Shown here one piece after another: positions 40,224-53,477 of a stretch of 64,000 bases of DNA (its first letter is position 1; each line of letters begins with the position of its first letter). The position numbers were made by a program, and so were the translations under genes. The notes beneath the pieces were generated by a model. That model was given only the letters and a program-made list of their open reading frames with translations. It did not search any database and was not told where the DNA came from. Source of the DNA: Squalus acanthias (lineage: Eukaryota); the NCBI GenBank assembly GCA_030390025.1, contig CM059432.1:124498001-124562000 (forward strand), given 5' to 3'.

Positions 40224-42833
40224 AGGCCCCACAACGAAAGAATCTAACAGCAGTCGATCCCCAAAATGGTAACCAATCCCCGAGGGATCAATTGCTGTTC
40301 AACTCTGAGCCTACCATCAAGGGGATAGAATCCAGAAGCATCAATGTCTTTCGGCCAACCGGCCCATTTCATTCCCTTCGGAGCAGCAGGATGTCACTCC
40401 AATATTTGGTTGTGTCACTGTTGCGCCATGAATGGCACGGAACTCTCTGCTAATATTCAAATGACCCTGGATTTAGGGCAGGGTCATGACAGAGTCAAAG
40501 CGACAAAGGGGCATTGTAGAAGTTCTGCCCCTCTGCACTTCTGGTGGTGCAATGGGGCCATCAGGATTTCTACAATCTAGTCAGAAAAGATAAATGTCTC
40601 ACCCCTCAAAATGTTCCAACAAAATGCTGGAAAATGCACCAAATTATGTGGCAGAAATCACTATTTCCTATTTGAGGGGGGGTATACCTCCAGACTCCTC
40701 TAGAAACTAAATCTTGCACTTTCAGTGTTTGCATCCATCTTCAGAAATGTCTACATTTGCCACTAGGGCTAGTTGCTTTTAAAGTTTAATAGAACAAACA
40801 ACAATTTTCTAACTAGCTTAATTGACATCCTTCATTTATTTTTATCCTCTTCCCCCATATTCTACCCAACAGGATGGATTTATGAGTTGTTCATATGCCT
40901 GCCCCTGCCTCAGTAACGCCAGGCCTGAGCTGGAGAAAAACGTTCACTTTTTGTGCAGTTGCAGAGTGGTGCCTGATTAAAAACCATAGTTTTTCTCTCA
41001 CTTTTATTTAGTTAAAATCCACAAATTCATTTTTAGAGTAAGGAATCACCATGTTATCATTAAACATGGGTGAATATTTCATTGATACTTTGTCCTCAGA
41101 GTCGACCACCTTTTAGAAACATGTATTTTTACAATAAATGTTGTCAATGGAGAAATTTCACCAGCACATTGTTCTGATAATCAGGGAGCAACACTCTTGA
41201 ATTGGCGGAGAGGGTGGAGCTGTAATTGATTGTTGCTGCCAACCATGATTTCTTGCGTGTTTATGTATGGATGTGTGTGGCTGCATGCATGTGTGCATGA
41301 TTTGTGGCAGTTTGGTTTCCTTTCCCGCACAATTGAGCTGCAAGGTTACGTCAACGGTGAGAATAAATTTAGGAAGGGTGGTCATTTCTGCTTTTGTCCA
41401 AAATGAGACAATGTAGACTTCCCATCTTCCTATTCCTAACAATACTTAAGATGCACAAAATTTGTAGCAGTCTTTGCCATTTTTTTCCAGGAGCTGTACA
41501 ATTAATCCCAAACTTAGAATTCCACCTCTGAACTATTTGGAAGCAGCCCAAATTCAAAAAGACATTGTGAGTTTGAGAAGTATTTTGTTCCTTTTCAAAT
41601 TTATCTTTTATCCGGAAAGAATGCCAAAGTATTCATTGAGATAAACTATCCTTAAATCAGCCACAGAGATATTGGTCTTTGAATAACTCTTTCCAGATCA
41701 ACTTTTCACTTTTGTTAAATTCCATGGAAGATGGTGTTTTTTTCTAACAAAGGTCCTTGTGTTTTATATTTAATAAGAAACACTAAAAGGATTTAATAAA
41801 GGATGAATCATTAAAACCATGTCTCCACCCAGAAAAAAATAAAAATAAAAATTAATCACAGAGCTGGAAACCAAATGCTTATTCAAAACACACACATATA
41901 TCTATAATATATGTATATATACACACAAAACAATGAAAGTAATTACACAATTACCCAAAGTTGGCACAGACAAGCATGCAATTAAATAAATGTGTTGTTA
42001 TTGGAAAATGTTGGAATTATTTTGAAAAAAGAGAGCTAGTCATATGTTAGAAGTTTGCTTCACGAAGACTGATTCAAAAACAACTATGTTTTGAAATGAA
42101 GACTACGCAAAAGAATACATTAAGTAACTGTGTAATGGTTCAATGGGTTTACAAAGTAGCTGAGCTATATGGACCAAGGGAATCCCAGGTTCCATTCCTG
42201 ATCTAGTGACCTCAACTAGAAGTGCATGCGTGTGAATGTTGGGTGATCATGGGATGAGACAGCCATGATGCTACTACAGTCGAATAGCTTGCCGTCACGT
42301 TTCAGGATGTTTTGAATATCTTTCCACGAAAAGGATTTGGAAAAAAAAGGAGTTATATTTAAGGATTGTGTTTTAAAGAAAAGTGTATTCACACAAGCTT
42401 AAAGATAAAAGGGCACTGAGATGAAAAATGAACTAGACCTTGAAATTCTTTTGCCAAAGACTGTAAACAATAAGCAATTCCTTACTCTGTAATCGTCAAA
42501 CACTCATGCCCATTGTGTTGGGGGATTCCTGGTCCCAGTTTCCGGAGAGGGGTTGTCTGGCATTGGCACTCCCCTTAAGCCATGAACACAGGGAGATTAA
42601 AAATAACTAATCAGAGACACACACAGTCAGGTTTTAAATAGAAAGCTGCGAGGACAATACTTGACAAAGCTCAAAGTTTAGAATGCAGATGGATAGTTAG
42701 AAGTTATTTTGTTAAAGTCAAGCAAGGTGACTGACTGATGTGGGGAAGTGTGGCGCGTTTGTTATTGTATATTATTAAGTGAAGAGAGGTTGTACTGATT
42801 GAAGTGAGTCCAATCATAACTGTTACTCTGTAT

Positions 42834-44963
42834 TAACAACAGAAAACGCTGGAAAAACTCAGCAGGCCAGGCAGCATCCGTAGAGAGAGAAAGAGAGTTG
42901 ACGTTTCAGGTCGATGACCTTTCATCAGAACTGGGAAGAGCTGGAAATCAAATAGATTTAAGGCCAGGGTAAAGCTGGGAAAAGGGGGAGGGGATAAAGG
43001 AACAAAGGAGGAGATGAAGAGACATTAAGAGACATTAAGAGATATGCAAGGCTAGAGGTGGTGTTAATGTGACAGATTAAGGCTGAATGAAGTGTGAAAT
43101 CCACTGGCAGAATGAAGGACAGCTGCCAGCTTCTAGGAGGAAAAAAAAAAGGTGGGGGGGACAAATAAAAGGGTGGATAAAATAAAATATAAATGTGATT
43201 GGAGCTGAGGTTATGATCTAAAATTGTTGAACTCGATATTGAGTCCAGAGGGCTGTAGCGTGCCTAAACGAAAGATGAGGTGCTGTTCCTCGAGCTTACG
43301 CTGAGCTTCCGTGGAACAGTGTAATAGGCCGAGGACGGTGAGGTCAGAGTGGGAGTGAAGCGGTGAATTAAAGTGACAGGCCACCGGGAGCTCGGGGTCC
43401 CCCTTACGGACTGAACGGAGGTGTTCCGCAAAGCGGTCACCCAATCTGCGTTTGGTCTCCCCAATGTAGAGGAGTCCACATCGTGAGCAGCGAATACAGT
43501 ATACTAAATTGCAGGAAGTACAAGTAAATCGCTGTTTCACCTGGAAGGGGTGTTTGGGGCCCTGGACAGTGGGAAGAGGGGAGGTATAAGGGCATGTGTT
43601 GCATCTCCTGCGCGTGCACGGGAAGGTGCCGGGCGAAGGGGAAGGGGTGCTGGGGGTGGTAGAGGAGTGGACTAGGGTGTCGCGGAGGGAGCGGTCCCTG
43701 CGGAATGCTGAAAGGGGAGGTGAGGGGAAGATGTGTTTGGTGGTGGGATCACGCTGGAGGTGGCGGAAATGGCAGAGGATGATCCGTTGAATGTGGAGGC
43801 TGGTGGGGTGAAAGGTGAGGACAAGGGGAACCCTATCGTGGTTCCGGGAGGGAGGGGCAGGGGTGAGGGCAGATGTGCGGGAGATAGAACGGACACGGTC
43901 GAGGGCCGTGTCGACCACGGTAGAGGGGAATCCTCGGTTGAGGAAAAAGGAAGACATGTCGGAAGCACTGGTATGGAAGGTGGCATCATCAGAGCAGATG
44001 CGGCGGAGACGGAGAAACTGGGAGAATGGAATAGAGTCCTTACAGGAGGCGGGGTGGGAGGAAGTGTAGTCCAGGTAGCTGTGGGAGTCGGTGGGCTTGT
44101 AGTGAATGTTAGTCAATAACCTATCCCCAGAGATGGAGATGGAGAAGTCGAGGAAGGGAAGGGAAGAGTCGGAGATGGACCATGTGAAGGTGAGGGAAGG
44201 GTGGAAATTGAAAGCATAGTGAATGAAATGTTCTAGTTCAGGGCGAGAGCAGGAGACGGCACCGATACAGTCATCAATGTACCGGAAAAAGAGGTGAGGG
44301 AGGGGACCCGAGTAGGACTGGAACAAAGAGTGTTCCACATATCCCACGAAAAGGCAGGCATAGCTAGGACCCATGCGGGTACCCATAGCAACACCTTTAA
44401 TTTGGAGGAAATGGGTAGAGTCAAAGGAGAAGTTGTTCAATGTGAGAACAAGTTCAGCCAGGCGGAGGAGGGTGGTGGTGGATGGGGACTGGTTGGGCCT
44501 CTGTTCAAGGAAGAAGCGGAGCGCCCTCAGGCCATCCTGGTGGGGAATGGAGGTGTAGAGGGATTGTACGTCCATAGTGAAGAGGAGACGGTTGGGGCCG
44601 GGAAACTGGAAACTGTTAAAATGGCGGAGGGCATCGGAAGAGTCGCGGATGTAGGTGGGAAGAGACTGGACAAGGGGAGAAAAAATAGAGTCGAGATAGG
44701 AAGAGATAAGTTCCGTGGGGCAAGAACAGGCTGAAACGATGGGTCTACCGGGGCAGTCCTGTTTGTGGATCTTGGGAAGGAGGTAGAAGCGGGCTGTGCG
44801 GGGTTGGGGAACTATGAGGTTGGCGGCCGTGGGGGGAAGATCTCCAGAGGAGATGAGGTCAGTGACAGTCTTGGACACGGTGGCTTGATGTTCGGTAGTG
44901 GGGTCATGGTCCAGGTGGAGGTAGGAGGAGGTGTCGGAGAGTTGGCGTTCAACTTCCGCTACT
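42834..44963 (-). mobile_element. Penelope-like retroelement, 5'-truncated, with an open RT + GIY-YIG frame
   Basis: The ORF is open from VERQLSDTSS to the stop at 43211, and includes RYIDD, CTRRRCNTC and LVYCIRC...LYIGETKRRLGDRFAEH. TSD CTGTTACTCTGTAT at 42820-42833 and 44964-44977. Confidence 0.96.
42896..42932 (-). ncRNA. Minimal type I hammerhead ribozyme, apparently intact
   Basis: Minus strand reads AGTT-CTGATGA-A-AGGTC-ATC-GACCT-GAAAC-GTC-AACT. Stem I is AGTT/AACT, stem II is AGGTC/GACCT, stem III is the palindromic ACGT, and the cleavage triplet is GUC. Confidence 0.82.
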
Positions 44964-45176
44964 CTGTTACTCTGTATGTTCACTTGCTGTGAAATAAGAC
45001 AGTTTAACAATTCGTATCTGGCCAAGCCAAGTACTTTTTCTTCTAAACAATTTCAGAGGCACACATGGGAGCACATGCAAAAGATACAAATATCAGATCA
45101 CAAGTGGGCACTACAGTACCCCTGGTTGCACTACCGTATAATAGCAATCAGGCAGTACAGGGTCACCTCTAAACAA

Positions 45177-45886
45177 GGGGGTAGAGTTTCTGCTTTGGGC
45201 GCAGTCGGCAATTCAATCACAAATTGCGCTCAAAATTGCCCTAGTTTTCAGAAGTGATTTTTTTTTCTCAAAGTTCCGCTCAAACTCATTTGCATATCGC
45301 CAAACGTAAAATTCTCCATGAACCAGTGCAATCGGGCAGCGAATTAGAACGTAATTTTTATTATGCATTTAAAAATATTATTAACACAGCTGAAAATGGG
45401 TTTATCACAAAAAATAAGCATTTTTAATCAGAGTGTCGAGTCCACCACCTGTGAGTAACCTGATCTTAAATAACTGAAAATGACTTTAAAAATACTATAC
45501 AGCACCATTTACTAGTTTCATTGGTGTACACTAGTCAGTTTCTTCGTAAATTCATTTTTTAATATCTAAAAGCTTTTAAAATGTGCCTGTTAGTGTCCTT
45601 GCACCAAAAAAACAGCTTAATTTTAAGAGCCTCCTCGAAGGCCCGTAAACGGGCACAATTTGTGGAAACTCGCCACGGTGATTCATTTGATCTGGGGGCG
45701 TGGCCAGTTTTGTGGGCGGGCCGGCTTCCAGCGCACTGTGTTTTAAACCAGCACAAAGGATCGCGGAAACTCGATTTATGCTGGACATAATTTGTGCTTG
45801 AAATTCCTCGATCTTTTGCACTAGTTTGGCTAATTTCGCGCAATTGCGCTGAAAAAATCAACGCAAACTACAGGAAGCTCCAGGCC
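45177..45886. mobile_element. Probable MITE remnant
   Basis: CpG-rich ends around an AT-rich core, with termini loosely like other Harbinger-type MITEs here. TIRs are degenerate. Confidence 0.4.
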
Positions 45887-46080
45887 TCGGGGCCTCACTT
45901 ATAGGAGTGACTAGCGTAGCTGTACCCAAGAGAATATCTAAGCAAGACTCGAATTTGTAACACCTGCCAACATTCTTGGCTCAAGCAAGAAAAAGGGCCA
46001 TATATAAAACAGTGACTAATCTTAAAATGAAATAGTTTCATTAAAATCTGTCTGAATCAGAAGCTTCTTCTCTATCACAG

Positions 46081-46205
46081 TGTAATGTATTCTCACATGG
46101 TTTGGTAAGAGCATGCTCTGTTCGCTCTGGCCTAATAAAGCAAGCGCATGGACTAGCAGCTCATTGTGTCTCTGTCCTTCATTTGTTCTACCCACATATA
46201 TTACA
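46081..46205 (+). repeat. 5' LTR (125 bp) of a Gypsy element
   Basis: TGTAAT...ATTACA inverted termini with an internal AATAAA, followed by PBS TGGAGACGAGGCAGGGAT (46209-46226). Confidence 0.75.
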
Positions 46206-46444
46206 TTTTGGAGACGAGGCAGGGATCCCAAAACCATTTATAGGATCACGGAAGGACACAGTGTTCAACCTTCAAGTAGACAAGTTTAAGGTGAATTTGT
46301 GACACCTAAACTGAATTTTAGCAATGTTTTACCGTTAATGCTCGTGCAGAATCGTCTGTGCTTCGCCTTCGCATGTATGTATACACAGCAACAGTGGCAT
46401 TGATTCTCACATGTACACAGGTAGCGTGCTGAGTGGTACACTAC

Positions 46445-46955
46445 CTGTGTACTCTCCACTTGCCTGGATGAGTGCAGCTCCAACAACATTCAAGAAGCTT
46501 GACACCATCCAGGACAATGCAGCCCGCTTGATTGGCACCCCATCCACCACCTTAAACATTCACTCCCTCCACCACCGGCGTACCGTGGCTGCAGTGTGTA
46601 CCATCTACAAGATGCACTGCAGCAACTCGCCAAGGCTTCTTCAGCAGCACCTCCCAAACCCGTGACCTCTTCCACCTAGAAGGACAAGGGCAGCAGGCGC
46701 ATGGGAACACCACCACCTCCAAGTTTCTCTCCAAGTCACACACCATCCTGACTTAGAAGTATATCGCCGATCCTTCATCATCGCTGGGTCAAACTCCTGG
46801 AACTCCCTCCCTAACAGCACTGTGGGAGTACCTTCACCACACGGACTGCAGCGGTTCAAGAAGGCGGCTCACCACCACCTTCTCAAGGACAATTAGGGAT
46901 GGGCAATAAATGCTGGCCTTGCCAGCAACGCCAACATCCCATAAACAAATTTTTT
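46445..46955 (+). mobile_element. LINE 3' fragment (same family as 19880-20726) inserted in the Gypsy leader
   Basis: Reads YSPLAWMSAAPTTFKKLDTIQDNAARLIG and lies between the PBS and the gag start. Confidence 0.85.
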
Positions 46956-49900
46956 AAAAAGTCACTGTTCGACAGGATCGGGACAATCATGGCCGCACCT
47001 ATGGGATTCATTGGAAGCCTCGGCATGCATGACCGAGCTTGCGAACCAGTCAGTTCTTACACTGAGCGGATGGAGATATTTTTTAGGGCCAATAACATTT
47101 TTGAGACCGAAGGTGCAGATGAGAATGTTCAAGCTCAAAATAAAGTAATTTGTGAATGGAAGAAAGCAAATTTTTAGTGGAGATCGGGCCAGATTACTAT
47201 GGAACGATAACGAACCTGCTCGTGCCAGGGAAAGCGAAGGATGCGTCATTTGAAGACATTATCAAGAAACTCGAGGACCATTTCAACCCAAAGCCATTAG
47301 AAATAGCAGAGAGCTATAAGTTTGATACCAGAAACCAAAAACAAAGTGAAACCATCAGTGAGTACATTGTAGCTCTTAAGAACTTGTCTTTGCATTGTAA
47401 CTTCGGCATATTTTTGGATTGTGCGTTGTGAGATAAGTTTGTGTGTGGACTGGTAGATGAGTGCACACAGTCCAGGTTACTGAACACTCTGAACCTAACG
47501 TTTGACATAGCATGCAAAATTGCCCTAACTATGGCAATGGTGTCTAAGAATGCTAGGGAGCTCCGTCCAACTCAAAGTGACGAGTACAGCTGAGGTCCAC
47601 AGTCACAAAGCCATCGCCAAACTTAAAGCTGTGAGACTGAGTCAAAAGCATGTCGGTGAGAGCAGTTCAGTGAATTTTATCACTGCAATGGAAATCACTC
47701 CACACAGTCCTGCCAATACAAAAATGTGAAGCAAGGCCATATTTCAACAGCTTGCAGAGCTAGATCTAAAGCAGGAAGTAAGAACCATTCTAGTGGCAAT
47801 GCAAAGCAACGACGACAAAAGGGAAGAGTTCACAATATTGAAGTGAACACACCTGACGTTAAAGAACTAGGCATCTACAGTATCTGTGCCATTAGCGGCA
47901 ACACCAGCAGTCGTGAGAAAGACTTCCGTACAAAACTTTTTATCAACGACTATATATTGGTATGTGTATCGATACGGTGGCGGACTGCTCTATCATGAGT
48001 AAGGACACATATGAGAGTAAGTTTAATCAAGTACCACTTACAAAGAGTACCGTAGAGTTGAAACCTACTCCGGAGAAATCCTAGAGCTATGTGAACAAAT
48101 GGACTGTACAGTTCAACACAATGGCCAGTCAGTAAAGATGCCTATTATTGTAGCGAGCTACAACAACAGGCCAAACCTCATGGGCAAAGATTGGTTGAGA
48201 TAGTTAAAACTAGACTGGAAAAACATCTTCAGTGTAGATGCTTCAAAGAAGCGACTCGACACAATGCTGAACAAGTACGAAAGCATGTTCACAGTCAGTT
48301 ATGAGGGCATCACTGGGTATGACGTGCATACCCGCATCAAGTCCAATGCGAAGCCTGTCTATTGTAAGGCAAGGCCGGTCCCCTATGCATTGAAAAGTCA
48401 GGTGGAGAAGAGCTAGCAAAGCTCAGAGAAAACAGAGTGCTAGTAAAAACTGACAAAAGTGAATGGGCAACCCCGATTGTGGAAGTTCCCAAAGCAGACA
48501 AAACTGTATGCTTGTGCGGTGACTACAAAGTTACTATCAACCAAGCAGTTGACGATGAACAGTATCCGTTACCTACATTGCAAGATATGTATGCAGCACT
48601 CTCTGGGTCAAAGGTTTTCTCCAAGCTTGACCTGTTGCACGCTTACACTCAGCTAAATGTTGACAAAGAGAGTCAACAGTATCTCACCATCAACACACAC
48701 AAGTGACTGTACTCATGCACCAAGCTGCCGTATGGTGTAAAGTCCTCCCCCAAAATCTTCCAGGCTACGATGGATAAGATGTTGCAAGGAGTTCCAAATT
48801 GCTTATGCAATCAAGACGATGTGCTGATCACAACAAGCAGCGAGGAAGAAAATCTAGAAGTGTTAGATATAGTGCTTCAAAGGTTGAATTCCCACAATGT
48901 CAAATTGAAAAGGAGCAAACGTCCTTTTGTGTAGCCTGAGGTTGTGTACCTTGGTCTGAAAGTTGATGCAAATAGCTTGCAACCAGTGAAGAAAAAGGTT
49001 GATGCTGTCATCAATGCACCAAAGCCACAGAATGTGTCTGAGTGAAGATCTTTCCTTGGAATGGTCCAGTACTACGTAAGTTTCTTACCTGATTAGCGAC
49101 CATGTTAGCTCCATTGCACGAGCTCCTCAACAACGATGTCCAGTGGAAGTGGTCGAAAGCACAACAGGAAGCTTACGACGCTTGTAAGAGAAGTCTCTCT
49201 AGCGATGCTCTACTTGTGCATTACGACACAGAGCGTGAGCTTAAGTTAGCGTATGATGCTTCCAGCTATGGTGTGGGAGCTGTCATAAGCCACAATATGA
49301 ATGACGGCCAAGAGAAACCAATCGCGTTCGCATCGCGAACCCTCACAAAGAGCGAAAGAAACTACGCGAAATTGAAAAGGAAGCACTCGCCATAGTGTTT
49401 GGAATCAAGAAATTCCAACAGTTGCTGATCGGCAGAAAGTTTACCCTGATAACAAACCGCTCCTATCAATATTGGGGCCCAAATCTGCCATCTCTGCAAT
49501 GGCCGCATCAAGAATGCAACATTGAGAAGTGTAGTTGTGACAATATGACTACACGATTGAATATCGCACTTCAAAGCAAAATGCAATCACAGATGCCTTG
49601 TCCAGGTTGCCACATGAGCACTCATGTGTTGGAGTGAAGGTGCTATTTTCACGCCAGGTGCAGTTGACAAAGACTTTCCCGTGAATGCAGCTGAGATTGC
49701 AGATGAGACTCAAAAGGACTCAGTACTGAAAAGAGTGTATGTAATCAACCATTTTGGGGCGCTAACATCGGCCAGCCACAAACTTTAGCGCCTGGCGCAA
49801 ATTAGCGCTGTCGACCGCAAAATTCATCTCCAGCGCCCCTGGAGGTGATTGGAGCACTAAATCAAGCGCTACATCTCTTAGGACACTAACATTGGGGAAC

Positions 49901-51099
49901 AGGGCGCTACCTCAGAGCGCTACTCAAGCTCAGGAGATGTCAATTACCTAGTACTAAGACAGACTGGTACCTTCCAGTTCTTAAAGGGGAGGTTCAATCA
50001 TGCTGCACAGCCTCACCCTGATCATTGCTGCTTGTGATGGAGGGGCTATCCTGGGGTCATTTCTGGCATTACCCAACCCATGGATTTTCTAGGCCTCTGG
50101 TTTTTTGTGCAAATGGCCTACCTTACCTAATGTCTGAACTTTAAGAAATGTGTGTTTGTGATGCAGATTTGTTTTTAATACTAGAACTATCAAAATGGAT
50201 AATACCAATACTACGGTTGTTTGATTGACTCATACCTGCACCATCCATGGAGAACAGATTGATGGACTGCTGTCCATACCATGCAATATACCTGTAGTTC
50301 CAATGAACTGCACTACTATGTGAGCCACAGTTGGAAGTGCCTTACCCACAAAAGACAATACAGTGTATGGTATGAGCTTGCAAAATATGTTTTTTCTAAT
50401 AATAATTGACACTTGTTATTTAATAACCTTGGTGAAATTTTAGGATCTTCTGACAAGACTATATTCACAATCAATTCATACGCAAAAGTTACTAATAATT
50501 TTCTCTCAAACTAAAGACTTGTAAGTTATCTGTTTTAGAATTTCTGCTGTATTTTTCTAATATTTTCCTTGCCTTTTTTCCAACGATAGGTATATCTATT
50601 AAAATGATTGCTACATAAGAACATTTGTAACAAGAAACAACCCTTTACTCTGTGGAGGGAACAAGGTTGATGAGCTCTGTACTTTTCTCAATCATGGACT
50701 CTTCCCAACGCACTCAATCCCTTGAGAGAGAAAAACAAACCTCACGAATACAAAGATATGTGAAATTTCTCCACGGCCCCCCCAAAGGCAATTGAGTGAC
50801 ACTCCAGAATCTTAATCCAGAATCCTACAGATCACACAACTCTTAACCAATTGTGTTCTAAAGATGATTCATCCACTGCTGCAGCAACCCTTGAGCCACT
50901 GTGTCCCAAGGAGAAATTAATTATCTGTGTCTATCCTTATAATTTTTAATCCCATTACTAAACATATTTATCCAATTCTTTGCTTTTTCTGAAAATCTAT
51001 TCCGCATGTCTTATACTCCAATGATGGGAAAAACCATCTAATCTCTAGCCCTGCTTGAAATTATACTTCTAACCGCCAGACCAGGCAGTGTGAAACCTT

Positions 51100-52040
51100 G
51101 GGGGCTAAATTGGACAAGGCCCGAAAACGGGCACGAGGATCGTGATACGGGATTAACCCGCGCCCCTTGCTTCCGATGCAGGCAACACGCCAACTTCATG
51201 CTGCCTGCTACTTTACATGATTGCTGCGTGCAGCCAGTGCTAAGCGCGCTTTGAGTGACTGCACGCCTGAGCAGGGGGTGCAAAATTGTGAGTGGCTGGA
51301 GCAGGTGCTGGAAGTCATGCAGGAAGACATTCTGACCTGGGAAAAACTGAATAATGACCAGCGGCAGGGTTGAAACGATACAAGATGAAGGTATCCCCAT
51401 ACCTAATTCTCCTTCTCACATCCCACTGTCCCCTCATCCCACAATCTCTTCTGATTTACAAGCTGCAGATGGTGTAAGCGTGCACCTCTTGCTTTCCTCC
51501 CCGGCCCTCACCACAAACCTACTCTTGTGACTTTCTCCATTCAGATGCCCAAGAACTACCACCTGGCCAGGCAGTGGTAGAAGAGCAAGAAGACAGTGGT
51601 GAAGAAGAAACATAGTCACTCGATTTAACACTCGCAGCCATCAGCTCAGATACTGATACTGCTCGTAATTTAGAGGATAGCGTAGAGATGGGATCTGCAC
51701 ATGGTGAGACACTGAGCATGAATGACCTGCTGCCAGGGAAGGGGGCAAGGGTAGCGCAGGTGCCAACTCACCGGAGGGTGAGGTCACACACGAGTTCTGC
51801 TGCAGAGGACTCAGATGAGCACTTCGATGGGGCGGCCCACAGAAGAAGGCCGATGGATATGTACAATGAAATGCTTGGTGCAGTGTCAGGTCTGCCAGAA
51901 AGCCTGGATGCAATGTCAAGGAGCATGGAGGAGTCCAGCACCACCTTTGCACAGGGCTTTGCGCAGAGCTTGAAGCGTGGAAGTGATGGGCAACTGCATT
52001 AGCACACTTGTGGACCCAACCATGATGCAGCGTGTGAAAA
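51100..52040 (+). mobile_element. Harbinger-type remnant with a Myb-gene exon 3-like segment
   Basis: Terminus-like GGGGCTAAATTGG. After the acceptor ttcag at ~51544 is an acidic segment, and MSRSMEESSTTFAQGF resembles VKRMEESIANMSRAF of the 3281 element. Confidence 0.55.
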
Positions 52041-52709
52041 AAGACATGGGGCAAAAAACAAAATATAACAATTGTTTTCCCTCAGTGCTGTACATGGCAT
52101 TCTGAGTTTTGTCATGACCTATATGTATGATGAACAGTGGTATTAACTATTTCTGCATGTCAACAAAAAAGTAATAAAGAAAAAGAAATGAAAAATAAGA
52201 AACCCTCAAAATACACATTGCTCTAATAAATGTTGAATTTGATTTACTTTTCTTTCAGCTTCAATAGCATTGTTAACAGAAGGTTCATTTGAGTGTACCT
52301 TATAGAGCCAAACTTCAGTCCATACGCATTTACAGAAAGGGCATCAGATGCACATACGATACAAGTGACACTAAGTTGCGTTTAGAGAAAACAGGAATCA
52401 TATTCAAGCTACCCTCATTTAATTCTTTCTGCCGCTAAAAAGCAAGTTCAAATAAGGATAGCCTGGACACGGCTTTCTATTGTTTTCCAAACTGGCCTCA
52501 AGTCCACTTGCAGTTTCAATCATTCTGACAGAAACATATTGGTAAATGTGACATAAAAAGTAAAACTGAAGGCAGCAGTACTCTCAGCAGCAAAGGATGC
52601 TTCGAAGTAAAAACAAAGAGGTTCCGAGCCCAGGCCTGTTTTCTGCTGTATCGGGTGAGTTTTTAAACTCACCTCGCCACTCACCTGCCCAAAACCCATC
52701 CGGAGTTAA

Positions 52710-53477
52710 TGGCCCGAAAATTAGACCTAATACAGGAGATTACGCACTGTGTACTCTCGCGTATTAGGTCCCGAAGTGCCAGTTTCCTGCATGCACTGCG
52801 CATGCGCGGGAAACCGGCACTTCAGGTATTGTGAAGGGGGCGGTTCCTAAGTGAACCATGTGCGCACTACAGGTTGCGCGCATGCAGCACACTTAGTTTT
52901 TTTTTCAGGTTTGAACGCGCAGGTAAGTGTTGAAGATTTTACACATGAAGAAAGCAGGCGTAAGACCCCCTTTTAACAAGGTAAGTAGTTAATTAAGTAT
53001 TATTTTAAAATTTTTTCAACAGGTTTATCTTTTTTAGAGACTTTAAAGAAAGGTAAGTTTATTTTTATAACTTTTAAAAAGAATTTAAATATTTTCAAAA
53101 ATTTAAATTTTTGTTTAAAGTGGTTAATTTATTTAACTAAAGTTATTTTATTAATGTGATGGCTTTTTTAAAAACTTTAATTGAGCTTTAGCTGTTCTTT
53201 TGGGGGCTTGTTGTATTCATAGTTTTGACAGCTCTTCCTGTCAAAACTATGAATGAAAGATGGTGTGCTGCCATTGGCTCTAACAGGCCCACGTGATCCC
53301 AGAGGTCGCATCGCACTAACTGCGCCTCTGGGACACGCACACACTGCGCGCCGGCACCAGGGAGAGGCCCAGGAAATGAAGTTCGTGTGGGCCAAAACCA
53401 TAAAGGCAGGCGCGGAGTGCGATATCGCGGGGGATCCTTACCCCCGCGGCAACCATCGAAGTCCAATTTCTGGGCCA
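52710..53477 (+). mobile_element. Harbinger-type MITE (768 bp)
   Basis: TIRs TGGCCCGAAAATT / AATTTCTGGGCCA, with a TAA TSD (52707-52709, 53478-53480). Confidence 0.88.

Larger units (their letters stand above)
46081..49740 (+). mobile_element. Decayed Ty3/Gypsy (Mag-like) LTR retrotransposon, truncated before integrase
   Basis: gag starts MAAPMGFIGSL..YTERMEIFFRANN and includes LEDHFNPKPLEIAESYKF. Protease-like CIDT; RT EWATPIV...CGDYKVTINQ...FSKLDL...QDDVLI; RNase H DASSYGVGAVISH...EKPIAFASRTL and DALSRLP. Many stops and frameshifts. Confidence 0.92.

Noticed and set aside
42486..42575. Possible minus-strand exon ending AGA|gtaagg
   Set aside because: The acceptor is weak, and I do not recognise a protein in any frame.
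44964..45025. N-terminus of the 604 aa ORF as a real Penelope start
   Set aside because: It falls in the TSD and flanking DNA and uses a non-ATG start. The element is 5'-truncated.
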